From assembly GCA_043810165.1 (NCBI GenBank), contig JBDROJ010000013.1:1-60419 (forward strand): a DNA stretch of 60,419 bases. The letters run 5' to 3'. This document shows positions 42,829-55,400 of this stretch, in pieces (positions within the stretch are counted from its first letter, which is position 1; each line of letters starts with the position of its first letter). This DNA comes from a bacterium (GTDB lineage Bacteria; Patescibacteriota; Patescibacteriia; Magasanikbacterales; GWA2-37-8). Position numbers and translations under genes: made by a program. The notes below the pieces were generated by a model, which was given only the letters and a program-made list of their open reading frames with translations, was not told the origin of the DNA and ran no database searches.

Positions 42829-43125
42829 ATGTTAACCAATCTTCACAGTTTATTACACCTACCAGTAATCACTCAATCTGGAACTAAACTGGGCAAGGTG
42901 CATGATTTGAAAATAGATGTTGAAACTCATGCCATAAATTCGTATGCGGTGCGAGCCAGTATTTTAGGCCGGTCATATTTAATTAAGCCGGTACAGGTGT
43001 TAGAAATTACTCGTGAGAAAATAGTGGTTGAGGATGCTGTGATTAGAGATATAGAGAGAGAACAAATCAAACAAAAAGATAAATCTAATGCTCTGGCTGG
43101 CGTGGCCATGAGTGAGGAGAATTAA
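42829..43125 (+). CDS. PRC-barrel domain protein
   Basis: 98 aa. LPVITQSGTKLGKVHDLKIDVETHAINSYAV is PRC-barrel-like. Confidence 0.5.
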   Translation: MLTNLHSLLHLPVITQSGTKLGKVHDLKIDVETHAINSYAVRASILGRSYLIKPVQVLEITREKIVVEDAVIRDIEREQIKQKDKSNALAGVAMSEEN

Positions 43126-43129
43126 ATAT

Positions 43130-43903
43130 ATGAGCGCAGGTGCAAGTACGGCCGAGAAAAATCAATCAATACAAGAGGTCGAGCCGACAGAAATTAGAAG
43201 CGAGAAAATGAACATGAATGTGGATGTGGCCGGGCATGTTAATGTTGAATTAAATATCTCCAGCAGATCTATTGTGGAAGCGGATTTTGCTTCCAGGAGC
43301 GATATAGAAACTTTGCTTCTTTGTTCGTTTAAGAAAGTAGAAAAACATGAAGAAAATCAAGCTTTAAATATTTCAGGCGCTGATATTTTAAAAGACTCGG
43401 ATAGAAGGCAAACGGTGATTCAAAGAGGTGAACAAGCTTCCAAATTGATAGAACAGATAAAGAGAAGCGTGGATTACCAAAAAAGTAATATATATAGTTT
43501 TTTAATGGGGTTGGTCGGAGGAAAATCACTATTGTCCGGCAATGAAAACAAAGGACTTTTGAAAATTAAGAAAGAAGCCATATCAACTATAGGAATCAAG
43601 ACAGGCCAAAGAACTCATGAAGGTGTAAATAAAGTTGGGGACAACAAGGTTGATGTGCCGGTTGGTGAGAATATTTATGCTTTGTCGCCGGCCAATGCTG
43701 AAAAATTAAAGGTATTGGTTAAAGGAGCTCCGGAAAAATTGGCTTGTGAATTAGATCCGGAAGCGCAAGGGCAAGGTTGGTTTACAGTTAAATTTGGTGA
43801 AGTGCCGGTGGTTTTTGTTGAGTCAGGTAATGTGGAATACATAGAGGGGAAGAAAGAAGAAAAAGAAAAACAGGAGCCAGAAATAGATACAAGAAAAAAA
43901 TAG
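43130..43903 (+). CDS. Hypothetical protein
   Basis: I moved the start to ATG 43130, preceded by GAGGAG. No family recognised. Confidence 0.5.
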   Translation: MSAGASTAEKNQSIQEVEPTEIRSEKMNMNVDVAGHVNVELNISSRSIVEADFASRSDIETLLLCSFKKVEKHEENQALNISGADILKDSDRRQTVIQRGEQASKLIEQIKRSVDYQKSNIYSFLMGLVGGKSLLSGNENKGLLKIKKEAISTIGIKTGQRTHEGVNKVGDNKVDVPVGENIYALSPANAEKLKVLVKGAPEKLACELDPEAQGQGWFTVKFGEVPVVFVESGNVEYIEGKKEEKEKQEPEIDTRKK

Positions 43904-43979
43904 TTGGTTATTAAACGATTTTTAGAACACCGGTTAAGGTGTTCTTTTAATTATTTAATATTTAGATTATAATGCAAAC

Positions 43980-44915
43980 ATGGATAAAAGACTAAAACAA
44001 TCCATTATCAAGACCTTGGCCTATTATGATCAATTCGATCATCCGTTAACCAAAGAGGAACTATTTAGGTTTTTATGGCAACCGCCGGCAATTAGTTATG
44101 GGTTGTTTTTGCAAGAATTGGAAATTTTAGGCATAGATTGTAAATACGGGTACTATTTTTTGCCGGGCCGAGAGAAGTTAGTTGAGATCAGGCGCAGTCG
44201 GACTGTGGACAACGATCATAAACACTTGGTTGCTCGGCGTTCTGCCAAAAAAATACGCTGGGTGCCTTTTGTCCGCGCCATGCTAGTCTGCAACAACACT
44301 TCATTTGAGATGGCTGGCCAGAAAAGCGATATTGATGTTGTTATAGTTGCCAAGCAAGGCAGGATCTGGCTGGCGCGCATGTTTGCCACATTATTATTAA
44401 GTATTTTTTGCTTGCGTCGTACCGGTAAAAAAACTACCAACCGAATTTGCTTAAGTTTTTATGCAACCGACCAAGCTTTGAATTTTTACAAATTGAAAAT
44501 TGCTGAACCGGATATTGGCCTTATGTATTGGATAATGCAATTTGTATCCATATACGATCCTAACGGCATTCAAGAAAAAATATTAGAACAAAATCAATGG
44601 ATAAGAACATATCTGCCCAATGCATTTTTGTCCAGCACTATGGGGCATAGGTTTATGGTCAAAGACAATATCTTTACCAAAGCTTTGAAATTTTTTTGGG
44701 AAAAGTCCTGGCAGGGTATGTATGGCGATACAGTGGAAAAACAATGCAAGGCCATGCAGAAAAATAAGATGAGTAAAAATATTCACAGCGTGCAGGATGA
44801 GCCTGACACGCGCGTGGTGATTAGCGATGAGATATTAAAATTTCATGAAAAGGATCGGCGAATTCAATACAAAGAAGAGTGGGAGAGGAGAATTAATAAG
44901 ATCACATGTTTTTAA
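43980..44915 (+). CDS. Hypothetical protein (possible nucleotidyltransferase-fold motif SDIDVVIV)
   Basis: 311-aa ORF that overlaps the next gene by 10 nt. Confidence 0.5.
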   Translation: MDKRLKQSIIKTLAYYDQFDHPLTKEELFRFLWQPPAISYGLFLQELEILGIDCKYGYYFLPGREKLVEIRRSRTVDNDHKHLVARRSAKKIRWVPFVRAMLVCNNTSFEMAGQKSDIDVVIVAKQGRIWLARMFATLLLSIFCLRRTGKKTTNRICLSFYATDQALNFYKLKIAEPDIGLMYWIMQFVSIYDPNGIQEKILEQNQWIRTYLPNAFLSSTMGHRFMVKDNIFTKALKFFWEKSWQGMYGDTVEKQCKAMQKNKMSKNIHSVQDEPDTRVVISDEILKFHEKDRRIQYKEEWERRINKITCF

Positions 44916-46213
44916 CTAAAATCACAAATTATCTAGTGCTATTATTTTTATTCCTGTTGCCTTGGCAAACCAGGTATATTTATCAATATGGAGAGATAAA
45001 TGGCCAGCATTGGGAATACGGGACGTTCAGTTTGTTTGCTACCGAAATTTTGTTATGGTTGATTGTAATTTTGTTTGGCATTGGTCGATTTGGCGAGCGA
45101 AAATTTTGGAACAAAATTACCAGTAAACAACATTTTAAAACTCACTGGAAAAACCTATTATTTATTTTTATATTCTTAGGTTTAAATACTTTGTTTGTAT
45201 TTGCCAGTCTAGACAGTTGGATCTCTTATCAGCAGGTATTATGGATTTTGGCTGGCTTGTGTATTGGATTGGTAATAATTAATTCAGAGGCCTGCATGAA
45301 ATTGAAGATGCCGTTGGCTTTGTGGCTAGGCGGAGTATTGCAAGCTTTCCTGGCCACTGTTCAATTTTTTAATCAAAAAATATTGGCTTGCAAATGGCTG
45401 GGCATGTCGGCTCAAGATCCAGCCGACTTGGGGGTGAGTGTGATTGAGTTCGCTGATCAGCGTTGGCTAAGGGCATATGGAAGTTTTGGCTGGCCTAATA
45501 GTCTCGGTGTTTTTTTAGCAACCTGTTTACTAGTTGGTTTAATTATTTTAATTAAGCATAGGAAATTAAAGAAATACTATTTGTGGATGACTGCTGGACA
45601 AATAGTAATTTTATCAGGTTTGATTTTGTCTTTTTCTCGTGGGGCATGGCTGGCCGTGACTGCAGGTATAATTGTTTTGGTATATATTATCCGTAAAAAC
45701 AAAATTTTATTTGAACAACTATTTTATTACTTATCTTTATCTCTAGTTTCTGTTGTGCTGTTGGCTCCATTATTTGTAGCCCGTTTTAATCTTGAAAACA
45801 GAGTAGAATACACTTCCATTAATGAACACAAGTATCAGTATATTGAATCAGCCAATGTAATTTACCGTAATTTTATCTTGGGCACTGGTCCGGGCACATA
45901 TACTTTAAACCAGTATCAGGATAATCCAAATTTACAGGCATGGCAATATCAGCCAACCCATAATGTTTATATGCTTTGGCTGGCCGAGATGGGTATTTTG
46001 GGGTTGGTGTTATATTGTCTTTTAATTTTATTTCTTTTTAAAATCATTTGGAAGCATAATCGCGTGTATGCTCCAATCGTGGTTGTGGTATTAGTCCACG
46101 GATTTTTTGACCACTGGCTGTGGAGTTTGTATGGAGGGGTGGTTTTTTGGTGGGTGGCTTGGACCCTTGCCATGAACCGAACGAACGAAGTGAATTCTGG
46201 TTCAGGGAGTTGA
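44906..46213 (+). CDS. O-antigen ligase/polymerase (Wzy_C)-like membrane protein
   Basis: 435 aa, polytopic, with the loop motif SFSRGAWLAV. The last ~12 codons are contributed by a hairpin repeat. Confidence 0.7.
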   Translation: MFLTKITNYLVLLFLFLLPWQTRYIYQYGEINGQHWEYGTFSLFATEILLWLIVILFGIGRFGERKFWNKITSKQHFKTHWKNLLFIFIFLGLNTLFVFASLDSWISYQQVLWILAGLCIGLVIINSEACMKLKMPLALWLGGVLQAFLATVQFFNQKILACKWLGMSAQDPADLGVSVIEFADQRWLRAYGSFGWPNSLGVFLATCLLVGLIILIKHRKLKKYYLWMTAGQIVILSGLILSFSRGAWLAVTAGIIVLVYIIRKNKILFEQLFYYLSLSLVSVVLLAPLFVARFNLENRVEYTSINEHKYQYIESANVIYRNFILGTGPGTYTLNQYQDNPNLQAWQYQPTHNVYMLWLAEMGILGLVLYCLLILFLFKIIWKHNRVYAPIVVVVLVHGFFDHWLWSLYGGVVFWWVAWTLAMNRTNEVNSGSGS

Positions 46214-46290
46214 CAAAAGCGTTAAAATTTGCTTAAATATTGTTATTCTGGCCTGAACCGAATGTATGGAGCGAGCCAAGGTTCAGGGAC

Positions 46291-46318
46291 TTGACAGTTT
46301 TTTTATTTCTGGTAAACT
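46291..46318 (+). promoter_or_regulatory. sigma70 promoter of groES-groEL
   Basis: TTGACA (46291-46296), N16, TAAACT (46313-46318). Confidence 0.6.
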
Positions 46319-46319
46319 A

Positions 46320-46346
46320 TTATCACTCTCTAAACCAGAGTGACAA
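46320..46346 (+). promoter_or_regulatory. CIRCE-like HrcA operator
   Basis: TTATCACTC-N9-GAGTGACAA, compared with the consensus TTAGCACTC-N9-GAGTGCTAA. Lies immediately after the -10. Confidence 0.75.
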
Positions 46347-46385
46347 AAAACATATATTAATTAATTGTTTAATTTACCAAGGTTT

Positions 46386-46673
46386 ATGAATATAAAACCA
46401 ATAGGCGACCGTGTGTTGGTCAAGCCACAAGAGGAGGAAGTGATTACGCAATCGGGCATTGTTTTGCCTGATACAGTGGATAAGGAAAAAAAGGCGCAAG
46501 GCCAAGTTTTAGCCTTGGGCAATGGAGAAAAATTAGCCAAGCTGGGTTTAAAGGTCGGTGATGTTGTTATTTATGAAAAATGGGGGGGCGAAGAAGTTAA
46601 GCTCGGCAAAGGGGCTGATGAAGTTGAATATAAAATTCTGCCACATGATAAGGTCATGGCAGTTATTGAATAA
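46386..46673 (+). CDS. groES: Co-chaperonin GroES
   Basis: I moved the start to ATG 46386 (MNIKPIGDRVLVKP...). Confidence 0.93.
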   Translation: MNIKPIGDRVLVKPQEEEVITQSGIVLPDTVDKEKKAQGQVLALGNGEKLAKLGLKVGDVVIYEKWGGEEVKLGKGADEVEYKILPHDKVMAVIE

Positions 46674-48314
<1,641 letters not shown>

Positions 48315-48336
48315 TGATCCGAATGATGCTAATAAA

Positions 48337-48368
48337 AAATATCCTCGGTTAGATCCGGGGATATTTTA
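48337..48368 (+). terminator. Candidate terminator after groEL
   Basis: Stem atatcctcgg/ccggggatat (one bulge) followed by TTT. Confidence 0.45.
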
Positions 48369-48395
48369 ATAAATGGAAGGGCTCCTCAAGGCGGG

Positions 48396-48566
48396 TTATT
48401 TTATTGGTTTGAATTTATAAAATAAGAAGTAGAGGAGCAATAATGGGGAGGTGATAACCAATAGTATGGCTAGCACCATGATGCGGTACTCGTGGGGCAT
48501 TTGTTCGGGGTGCACAGGGTTGGGCTCAAATGCCCATTTGATTGTCTGAACCACTAAAGTATGCAT
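48396..48566 (-). CDS. Possible 56-aa tail-anchored small membrane protein
   Basis: Below the ORF-track size cutoff. My translation is MHTLVVQTIKWAFEPNPVHPEQMPHEYRIMVLAILLVITSPLLLLYFLFYKFKPIK. It has one C-terminal transmembrane helix. Weak support only. Confidence 0.3.
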   Translation of the reverse strand: MHTLVVQTIKWAFEPNPVHPEQMPHEYRIMVLAILLVITSPLLLLYFLFYKFKPIK

Positions 48567-48635
48567 GGCTATATAATACTGTTTTTTTCAGAGTTGTCAA
48601 GACTGTAAAAATAGGGTAAAATAGTATGAACTTAA

Positions 48636-49139
48636 TTGTTATTTATGACATCTTGTGTTATTGCATTTTTCTCTGATTTTCCTCCTGAAGTGTCAACTTT
48701 ATTAATGAGCATGACCCCGTTTGGAGAATTGCGCTTGTCATTGCCGGTATCTTTGTTGGTTTATCAGTTGCCTTTGGCCGAAGCTTTCTATCTCTCGGTA
48801 TTCGGCAATATGATCCCGCCGACAATTATTTTGTTGGTGGCGGCTAAGTTTCATAAATGGGTGGAACATCAGAGCGGTTTTTTTGCCAAAAAATGGGTAA
48901 ATCAGCTGGCAAAGATACAAAAAAAATTTAAAGGCAAATATCAAAAATACGGACTGTTTGCCCTTGTGTTATTTGTTGGCATTCCATTGCCAATGACCGG
49001 CGCCTGGAGCGGGGCTTTGGCCGCTTTCATTTTTGGCCTGCCTCCTAAGAAATCCTGGCCATATATTTTTGTGGGCGTGATTATGTCCGGCGTGATCACT
49101 GCTTCTGTGGTTTTGGGCTTGGGTCGATTATTCTTCTAA
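48636..49139 (+). CDS. Small membrane protein (putative small multidrug-export family, PF06695-like)
   Basis: 167 aa. Has the MTPFGELRLSLPVSL motif and four transmembrane segments. A TTGTCA-N17-TAAAAT promoter lies just upstream. Confidence 0.5.
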   Translation: MLFMTSCVIAFFSDFPPEVSTLLMSMTPFGELRLSLPVSLLVYQLPLAEAFYLSVFGNMIPPTIILLVAAKFHKWVEHQSGFFAKKWVNQLAKIQKKFKGKYQKYGLFALVLFVGIPLPMTGAWSGALAAFIFGLPPKKSWPYIFVGVIMSGVITASVVLGLGRLFF

Positions 49140-49141
49140 CC

Positions 49142-50215
49142 ATGTCTGAACTCCTGTTAAAATTAAAAGAAAAGATTAAAAGCACAATGGACCTTTTGAG
49201 AATTGATGATCTCAAGAAGAAAGTTGAACAATTAGCCGGTCAAATGAACCAGCCTGATTTTTGGAATGACCAGAAAAGCGCTCAAGCCATTGGACAGGAT
49301 TATCAGGATATAAAAAGCGAGGTGGAAAAATGGGAAGAAGTTAAGCGAAAAGCAGATGATCTTTTAGAATTGTGCCAGAGCAATGATAAAAGTTTGCAAG
49401 CGGAAATTGAAGAACAAGCCGAAAAATTGGAAAAACAATTTCAAGACTATGAGTTTTTTTTGCTTTTAAATGGGTCATATGATAAAAATAATGCCATAGT
49501 GGCCATACATGCCGGCAGTGGTGGTACTGAAGCTCAAGATTGGGTTGAAATGCTTTTGCGTATGTGGTTGCGTTTTTGTGAAAAACAGGGTTGGAAAACC
49601 AATATATTGCATGAATCTCGAGGACAAGAAGCTGGATATAAATCAGTTATGTTTTCCGTACAAGGGCGTTATGCATATGGATATTTGAAATCCGAGCATG
49701 GCGTTCATCGCTTAGTGCGTATCTCTCCTTTTGACGCGGAAAAAATGCGCCATACATCTTTTGCTTTGGCCGAGGTTTTGCCTGAATTGGACGAAAGAGT
49801 TGATATTAAAATTGACCCCAAAGATTTGCGTATAGATACTTTTAATGCATCAGGACATGGTGGCCAAAGTGTGAACACCACTTATTCGGCTGTGCGGATT
49901 GTCCATCTTCCAACCAAGGTCACAGTAAGCTGTCAAAATGAGCGATCACAGACTCAAAATAAAGAAACCGCCATGAAGGTTTTAATAGCCAAGTTGCATC
50001 GTTTGGAAATGGAAAGGCAATCCGAGCAGAGGAAAGAATTGCGCGGAGAATATAAATCAGCCGAATGGGGCAATCAAATTCGTTCCTATGTTCTTCATCC
50101 ATATCACTTGGTCAAAGATCATCGCACTGAACATGAAACATCAGATCCGGATAAAGTTTTAGGTGGAGATTTGTTGAAATTTTCTGAAGAGTATTTAAGG
50201 TGGTTGAAAGAGTAA
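49142..50215 (+). CDS. prfB: Peptide chain release factor 2, uninterrupted (no programmed frameshift)
   Basis: 357 aa with the SPF and GGQ motifs in a single ORF. Confidence 0.93.
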   Translation: MSELLLKLKEKIKSTMDLLRIDDLKKKVEQLAGQMNQPDFWNDQKSAQAIGQDYQDIKSEVEKWEEVKRKADDLLELCQSNDKSLQAEIEEQAEKLEKQFQDYEFFLLLNGSYDKNNAIVAIHAGSGGTEAQDWVEMLLRMWLRFCEKQGWKTNILHESRGQEAGYKSVMFSVQGRYAYGYLKSEHGVHRLVRISPFDAEKMRHTSFALAEVLPELDERVDIKIDPKDLRIDTFNASGHGGQSVNTTYSAVRIVHLPTKVTVSCQNERSQTQNKETAMKVLIAKLHRLEMERQSEQRKELRGEYKSAEWGNQIRSYVLHPYHLVKDHRTEHETSDPDKVLGGDLLKFSEEYLRWLKE

Positions 50216-50223
50216 ATCAGAAT

Positions 50224-50820
50224 ATGATTATAATAAAAAGTCTAGACAAAGCAGTAGAATTATTAAAACAAGGCAAAGTTTTGGTTTTCCCCACAGAGAC
50301 TTCATACGGTTTGGGTTGCGATGCTGTTAATCAATCAGCAGTTCATAGAATTTTTCAGATTAAGAGCCGGCAGAAAGACAAGCCGTTATTAGTGGTTGTG
50401 TCCACAATTGATATGGCAAAAAAATACTTGGTTTGGAATAAACAAATAGATAAATTGGCAAAAAAATATTGGCCAGGGGCTTTAACAATAGTGGGCCAGG
50501 CAAGCCGGAAATTGGCTGATGGAGTGACTGCACCGGACAATAGCTTGGCCGTGCGCGTGGCCAGCCATCCAATGGCTAGTTTTTTGTCAGCCAAGCTTGG
50601 CCGGCCTTTGGTGGCAACTTCCGCAAATATTTCTGGTCAGGATAATATCTATAATATAGAAGAAATTAAACAGATTTTTTCCAAGCGGTCTGTACAGCCT
50701 GATGCAATTTTGGATCATGGCGAGTTGCCATATTCTAAGCCTTCAACCATAATTAAGTTTATCAATAATAAAATAGAAGTTTTACGACAGGGTGAAGTTA
50801 CTCTGTCATTGCGAGCGTAA
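50224..50820 (+). CDS. tsaC: L-threonylcarbamoyladenylate synthase (YrdC/Sua5 family)
   Basis: Contains VFPTETSYGLGCDA and TSANISG. The start is 50224 or 50200. The last ~6 codons come from the palindromic repeat. Confidence 0.85.
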   Translation: MIIIKSLDKAVELLKQGKVLVFPTETSYGLGCDAVNQSAVHRIFQIKSRQKDKPLLVVVSTIDMAKKYLVWNKQIDKLAKKYWPGALTIVGQASRKLADGVTAPDNSLAVRVASHPMASFLSAKLGRPLVATSANISGQDNIYNIEEIKQIFSKRSVQPDAILDHGELPYSKPSTIIKFINNKIEVLRQGEVTLSLRA

Positions 50821-50902
50821 GCGAAGCAATCTCGTTGGTTCTATGATGACGAGATTGCGGAGTTTATCCTGAGCATAGCGAAGGACCTCTCGCAATGACA
50901 GA
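50803..50902. repeat. GTCATTGCGAG-family palindromic repeat spanning the tsaC stop and the rsmA upstream region
   Basis: ctgtcattgcgagcgtaagcgaagcaatctcgt...acgagattgcggagtttatcctgagcatagcgaaggacctctcgcaatgacagag. Confidence 0.85.
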
Positions 50903-50927
50903 GAGAAATTTCTATAATAATAAAAAC

Positions 50928-51749
50928 ATGAGTAATTTATACTCTCCAAATCATCTTAAACAACTGTGTCGTGAATACAAATTAACTCCTTCAAAAAGAT
51001 ATGGGCAGAATTTTTTAATTAGCTCCAAGCCGATTCAAGAAATGATCTCATCGGCCATGCTATCTAAGAAAGATACGGTGGTGGAAGTGGGTCCTGGTTT
51101 TGGAGTTTTAACTCTTGAGTTGATTAAAAAAGCCGGCGTGGTTAAAGCTTATGAAATAGAGAAAAAAATACAGCCATACTGGCAAGAAAATCAACAGCCA
51201 AATTTAGAAATCACCTGGGGCAATGTCCTAAAAAGTTTTAAATTTAACGGAAAGTACAAAGTAGTGGCCAATCTGCCTTATCAAATTACTTCAAGCATTA
51301 TCCGCGGTTTTTTAGAGTCGGATCACCAGCCTGAATTAATGGTTATGATGATGCAAAAAGAAGTGGCTGAGCGTATTTGTGCCAAGCCGGGCAAGATGTC
51401 GCTTTTGTCCGTGTCCGTGCAATATTATGCTGAGCCCGAGATTGTCATGAAAGTACCTAGAACATGTTTTTGGCCTGCGCCCAAAGTGGACTCGGCTGTG
51501 ATAAAATTAAAAATTAAAACATCAAAAAAATCAGTCTGTGCTAAAGTTTTTTTCAGCATTGCCAAGGCTGGTTTTGCCAGCCCTAGAAAATTATTATTAA
51601 ATAACCTGGCTTGTGTTTTTAAAGATAAAGAGATGTTATTAAGGACTTTTCAAAATATTGGAATACCTGACAAAGCAAGAGCTCAAGAGTTAAATCTTGA
51701 CCAGTGGATTAAATTGGCAAGCAAGCTTGAAAAGGGTTTTTGTTTTTAA
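50928..51749 (+). CDS. rsmA: 16S rRNA (adenine1518/1519-N6)-dimethyltransferase
   Basis: Contains YGQNFL, EVGPGFGVLT and ANLPYQITS. I placed the start at 50928; the track start at 50895 lies within the repeat. Confidence 0.88.
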   Translation: MSNLYSPNHLKQLCREYKLTPSKRYGQNFLISSKPIQEMISSAMLSKKDTVVEVGPGFGVLTLELIKKAGVVKAYEIEKKIQPYWQENQQPNLEITWGNVLKSFKFNGKYKVVANLPYQITSSIIRGFLESDHQPELMVMMMQKEVAERICAKPGKMSLLSVSVQYYAEPEIVMKVPRTCFWPAPKVDSAVIKLKIKTSKKSVCAKVFFSIAKAGFASPRKLLLNNLACVFKDKEMLLRTFQNIGIPDKARAQELNLDQWIKLASKLEKGFCF

Positions 51750-51779
51750 ATATTTTATGGTATAATAAATAAAATCATT

Positions 51780-52418
51780 ATGCCGTATAAAAAAGATAAT
51801 ATTAAATTGACCAGAGAGCAGAAGACTGGCTTTGTCTTGTTGCTTGTTTTTGCCATTTTAGCTTTAAGTTTGGGTGTTTTGCAGATTCGCAATACAATGT
51901 ACAAACCGTTTGCTTTGAGCAATCAAATTCCTCCTTTGTCTGATAGTATTATTAATGACATTAATGTCTTGCGTTATAGAGATACTGATCAGGACGGATT
52001 AAATGATTTTGAAGAATTGTATGTTTATGAGACAAGTCCTTATTTGGAAGATTCTGATTCTGACGGCATTGACGACAAGCAAGAAGTTTCAAAAGGAACC
52101 AATCCTTTATGCGCTCAAGGCATGGATTGCGCCGGAAGTGTGGCCATTAATCAAGACGGTCAAGCCAGTGATTCGGTTTCCAGTTCATTACCCAAATGGA
52201 TAACCCCGCCAAACCAGGAACAACCGGCTGATTTGGCTAATTTATTAAAAGACACAAAACAATTGCGAGAGATGCTAACAACAGCCGGCGTGGATCAAAA
52301 AATATTGGATCAGGTAAGTGATGAACAACTGCAGGCGATAATTGATGACGCGCTCAAAACAACCAGTACTTTGCAAAATTTGCAGAGCCTTTACCAGACT
52401 AACACAAGCACATATTAA
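51780..52418 (+). CDS. Membrane-anchored protein with thrombospondin type-3-like Ca-binding repeats
   Basis: 212 aa. N-terminal transmembrane helix, then DTDQDGLNDFEE and DSDSDGIDDKQE. Confidence 0.6.
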   Translation: MPYKKDNIKLTREQKTGFVLLLVFAILALSLGVLQIRNTMYKPFALSNQIPPLSDSIINDINVLRYRDTDQDGLNDFEELYVYETSPYLEDSDSDGIDDKQEVSKGTNPLCAQGMDCAGSVAINQDGQASDSVSSSLPKWITPPNQEQPADLANLLKDTKQLREMLTTAGVDQKILDQVSDEQLQAIIDDALKTTSTLQNLQSLYQTNTSTY

Positions 52419-52419
52419 T

Positions 52420-55400
52420 ATGTTGAAAAAAACAAAAAAAATAGGCCTTGGATTTATGGTTGTGGTTTTTGTATTTATGGCTGTAAGCGGTTCATTTTTA
52501 AAACCAAAGCCGGTTTATGCTGCTATACCTGTTTCTGTTGTTTCAAGCGTCCCAAATACTTTGGATACTATTTTTGCAAAAATAAGAGAAGGGCTTAAAG
52601 TAGCTGTTTTGAATGCGGCCGTGCAGACTGTTTCATATTTTATGCATAAAATGGCCTATGACACGGCCGTATATATGGCTTCAGGATTTAAAGGCCAGAA
52701 GCCAGCCATTTTTACCAGCCAATGGGATGATTTTTTAGTTGATACCATGGCGCAGACAGGCGCCAAAGCAGTAGGAGAACTAGCAAAACCATTGGGTTTA
52801 AATGTTTGTAATGTACCTGACTTAAGTGTTGATCTAGCTATGCGGTTGAGCCTTCAGAAAAGGTTTGCTAGCTCCGAGTTTGGAATGGAAAAGCCTGAAT
52901 GTACTTTTCAAGAAATGAAATTGCTTTCTCCTGATGCTTGGAAAAGCAAATATGCGGATGAGAGCGGTAATTTTGATGCCGGCAAGATGTTTAACTTCAC
53001 TGCTGATTTCGTTGAACAAGGGGATTTGGGAATATATCTGACTGCAACCGAGAAAATTCAGCAATTGATTCAAAAAGATGTTTTAGCTGCTCAATTGGAT
53101 AGATCTGCCGGCCAAGGTGTTAAAGCAATTGACAATTTAATTTCAGGCAAAATAGCAACTCCGCAAGTAGTGTTAAGAGAAGAACTGCGCAATATGTCGC
53201 CATCGCAAAAGCAGAACATGAGCCTGGATAAGTTCGGCGATGTCATGGGCACTGCCATGGAGCAAGTAATTCCGTCAGCTTTATCCACCTTCTTAAATAC
53301 TCTTCTTAACCAAGGCCTAAAGAATCTGGTGGGCATGTTTAATGAAGAAGACGATCTGGCTAGTGAGTCATTGACCAATAAATATGCGGTTGGAGGTTCC
53401 AGCGGTGGGCGCAGGCAAGCTGAAAAAATGTTTAGTGAATTGCTTATGCCACAAACCACAGCTGTTGAAAGATATAATGTTTTGGCCGAGTTTTCCAGCT
53501 GTCCAGGTTCGCCAGGCATGAATAATTGCGCTCTTGATACTTTGTTTGCCCAGGCAGTGCAGGAAGCCGACTATGGCCGGCCCATTACAATCAGGGAAGC
53601 CATTGAAAAAGATTGGTTGCACGGCAGTTACAAATTAATTTCGCCGGAAAATCGTTCGCTTGATTCAGATCCAAACTGCTACCAGCAAGCCTATTGTTAT
53701 TCAAATGTTAAAAAATTGCGCAAAGCCAGAATTTTGCCTTTGGGTTTTGAAATAGCAACCAAGAATAGCGATCCTGACAAGCCATGGACTCTCAAAGAAG
53801 TGGTTGATGGTTTTGATGAATGCAAATATATTAAAGACAGCCAAGGTAATATTGTCAGTCTGGATAATGACCCGATTAATTTCCCTTTTTGTCATTTGAT
53901 TGATCCGAATTGGGTCCTTAAAGTTCCGCTTACTCGCTGTGAAGCCATGGGATATACAAATAATTTATTAAATCAATCAGGTCCACAGCGCATGAGCGAG
54001 TGTGTTGATATGAGCAATTGCGTTAAATATGATAACAAGGGTAATTGCGTGTCTTATGGATATTGTGTGCGAGAGAAAAATATTTGGAAGATACCGGGCA
54101 CTTCCTGTGATTCTCAATATAATACATGTCTTGCTTTTAAAGATAGTAGTGGCAATACTGCCGGTTATTTGCGCCGTACTTTGGATAATGCCAACTGCAA
54201 TCAAGATTCGGTTGGTTGTACTTCTTATAGTCTAAATCGAGATGTAACTGTTACTAGCACAATGGCTTGGAAACCATTAGAGAAAACTTCTTTTTGGTGG
54301 CAAGATTTTACTAATAAGATGATGTTTTTCAACAAAAATTTATCTTCAAGTTGCTCGGCCAATTCAGCTGGTTGTTCAGCTTTTCGAGTATCTGAAGGAA
54401 ATGCCGACACATTATATTTGAAAAAAGCGCCGATTTATCTTGGGTGTTATGACTCTGATCCAAAAACAGAAAAAGTTGAATGGCCCCAATCCAGAGCGGA
54501 TTTGAGCAGTATCAAGTCACACAAAGATTGTTCCAATTATGCGGGCGTGTGCATTCCGGAAGAAGAAAATTGTAATTGGTACACGGAAGTACTTCCATCT
54601 GATAGCCAGCGTTCAGCTTCTAAAATTCCCGGGCGTTACAAGCCGGCCGTGGTTACCACCACATTAACGGCTTCCGGTTATGTTACAAAAATAGAAAATT
54701 GGAATAACGAGTGCGACAAGACCTGTGTAGGTTATGACGCTTATAGAGAAATGAATACAAATTATTCCAATGGCCAAGAAGTGGCATATATTATTCCGGC
54801 TTCTGGTAAAACTTGCACATCGGTTCAAAATGAATGCACGGCTTTCACTAATCTAAGCACAGTGCAAGGCTCGGCTGAAAAAGTGGAATATTATACTTAT
54901 CTGCGTCCTTGTATTCTTCCTGATGAAGCCAAACAAAAAACTTTCTATACTTATGAAGGTTCGTCTCAAGGAGGTTATCAATTAAAGGTATATATATTAG
55001 AGCAAGATGGTTCCGGAGGACCCAAGCAGTCTTATCGCACTGGAAAAGAGAGCGCGCTATTTCAAGATTGTGCCAGTGGCAAGACATACAAGATTGATGC
55101 TGATTGTAGAGAATTTAATGATGAAAAAGGCAAGGTATATTATAGGCTTTTGTCCAAGACAATTGCTGTTGATAAAACTTGCACACCTTACCGTTTGTCT
55201 GAATTGGAGATGTACAATGAAAGTACTTATGATAGTGACCAGATGGTGTGCGAAAAATTATCTGGTCGTTATGATCAAAATCTCAAGAAATGCTATTTCT
55301 GTTTTCAAAATGGAAAATATGATAAAGGCCATTGTATCTATCAAGGCCTTCCAGCCAATACAGTAAGCAACGCAGGCAATAGCACGGCCTGCACTGCCGA

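Noticed and set aside
49142-50215. I looked for the programmed +1 frameshift site (CUU UGA C) common in prfB, given the nearby frameshift-type tRNA-like genes.
   Set aside because: RF2 is encoded as one uninterrupted ORF from MSELLLKL... through SPF and GGQ. There is no in-frame UGA and no split.
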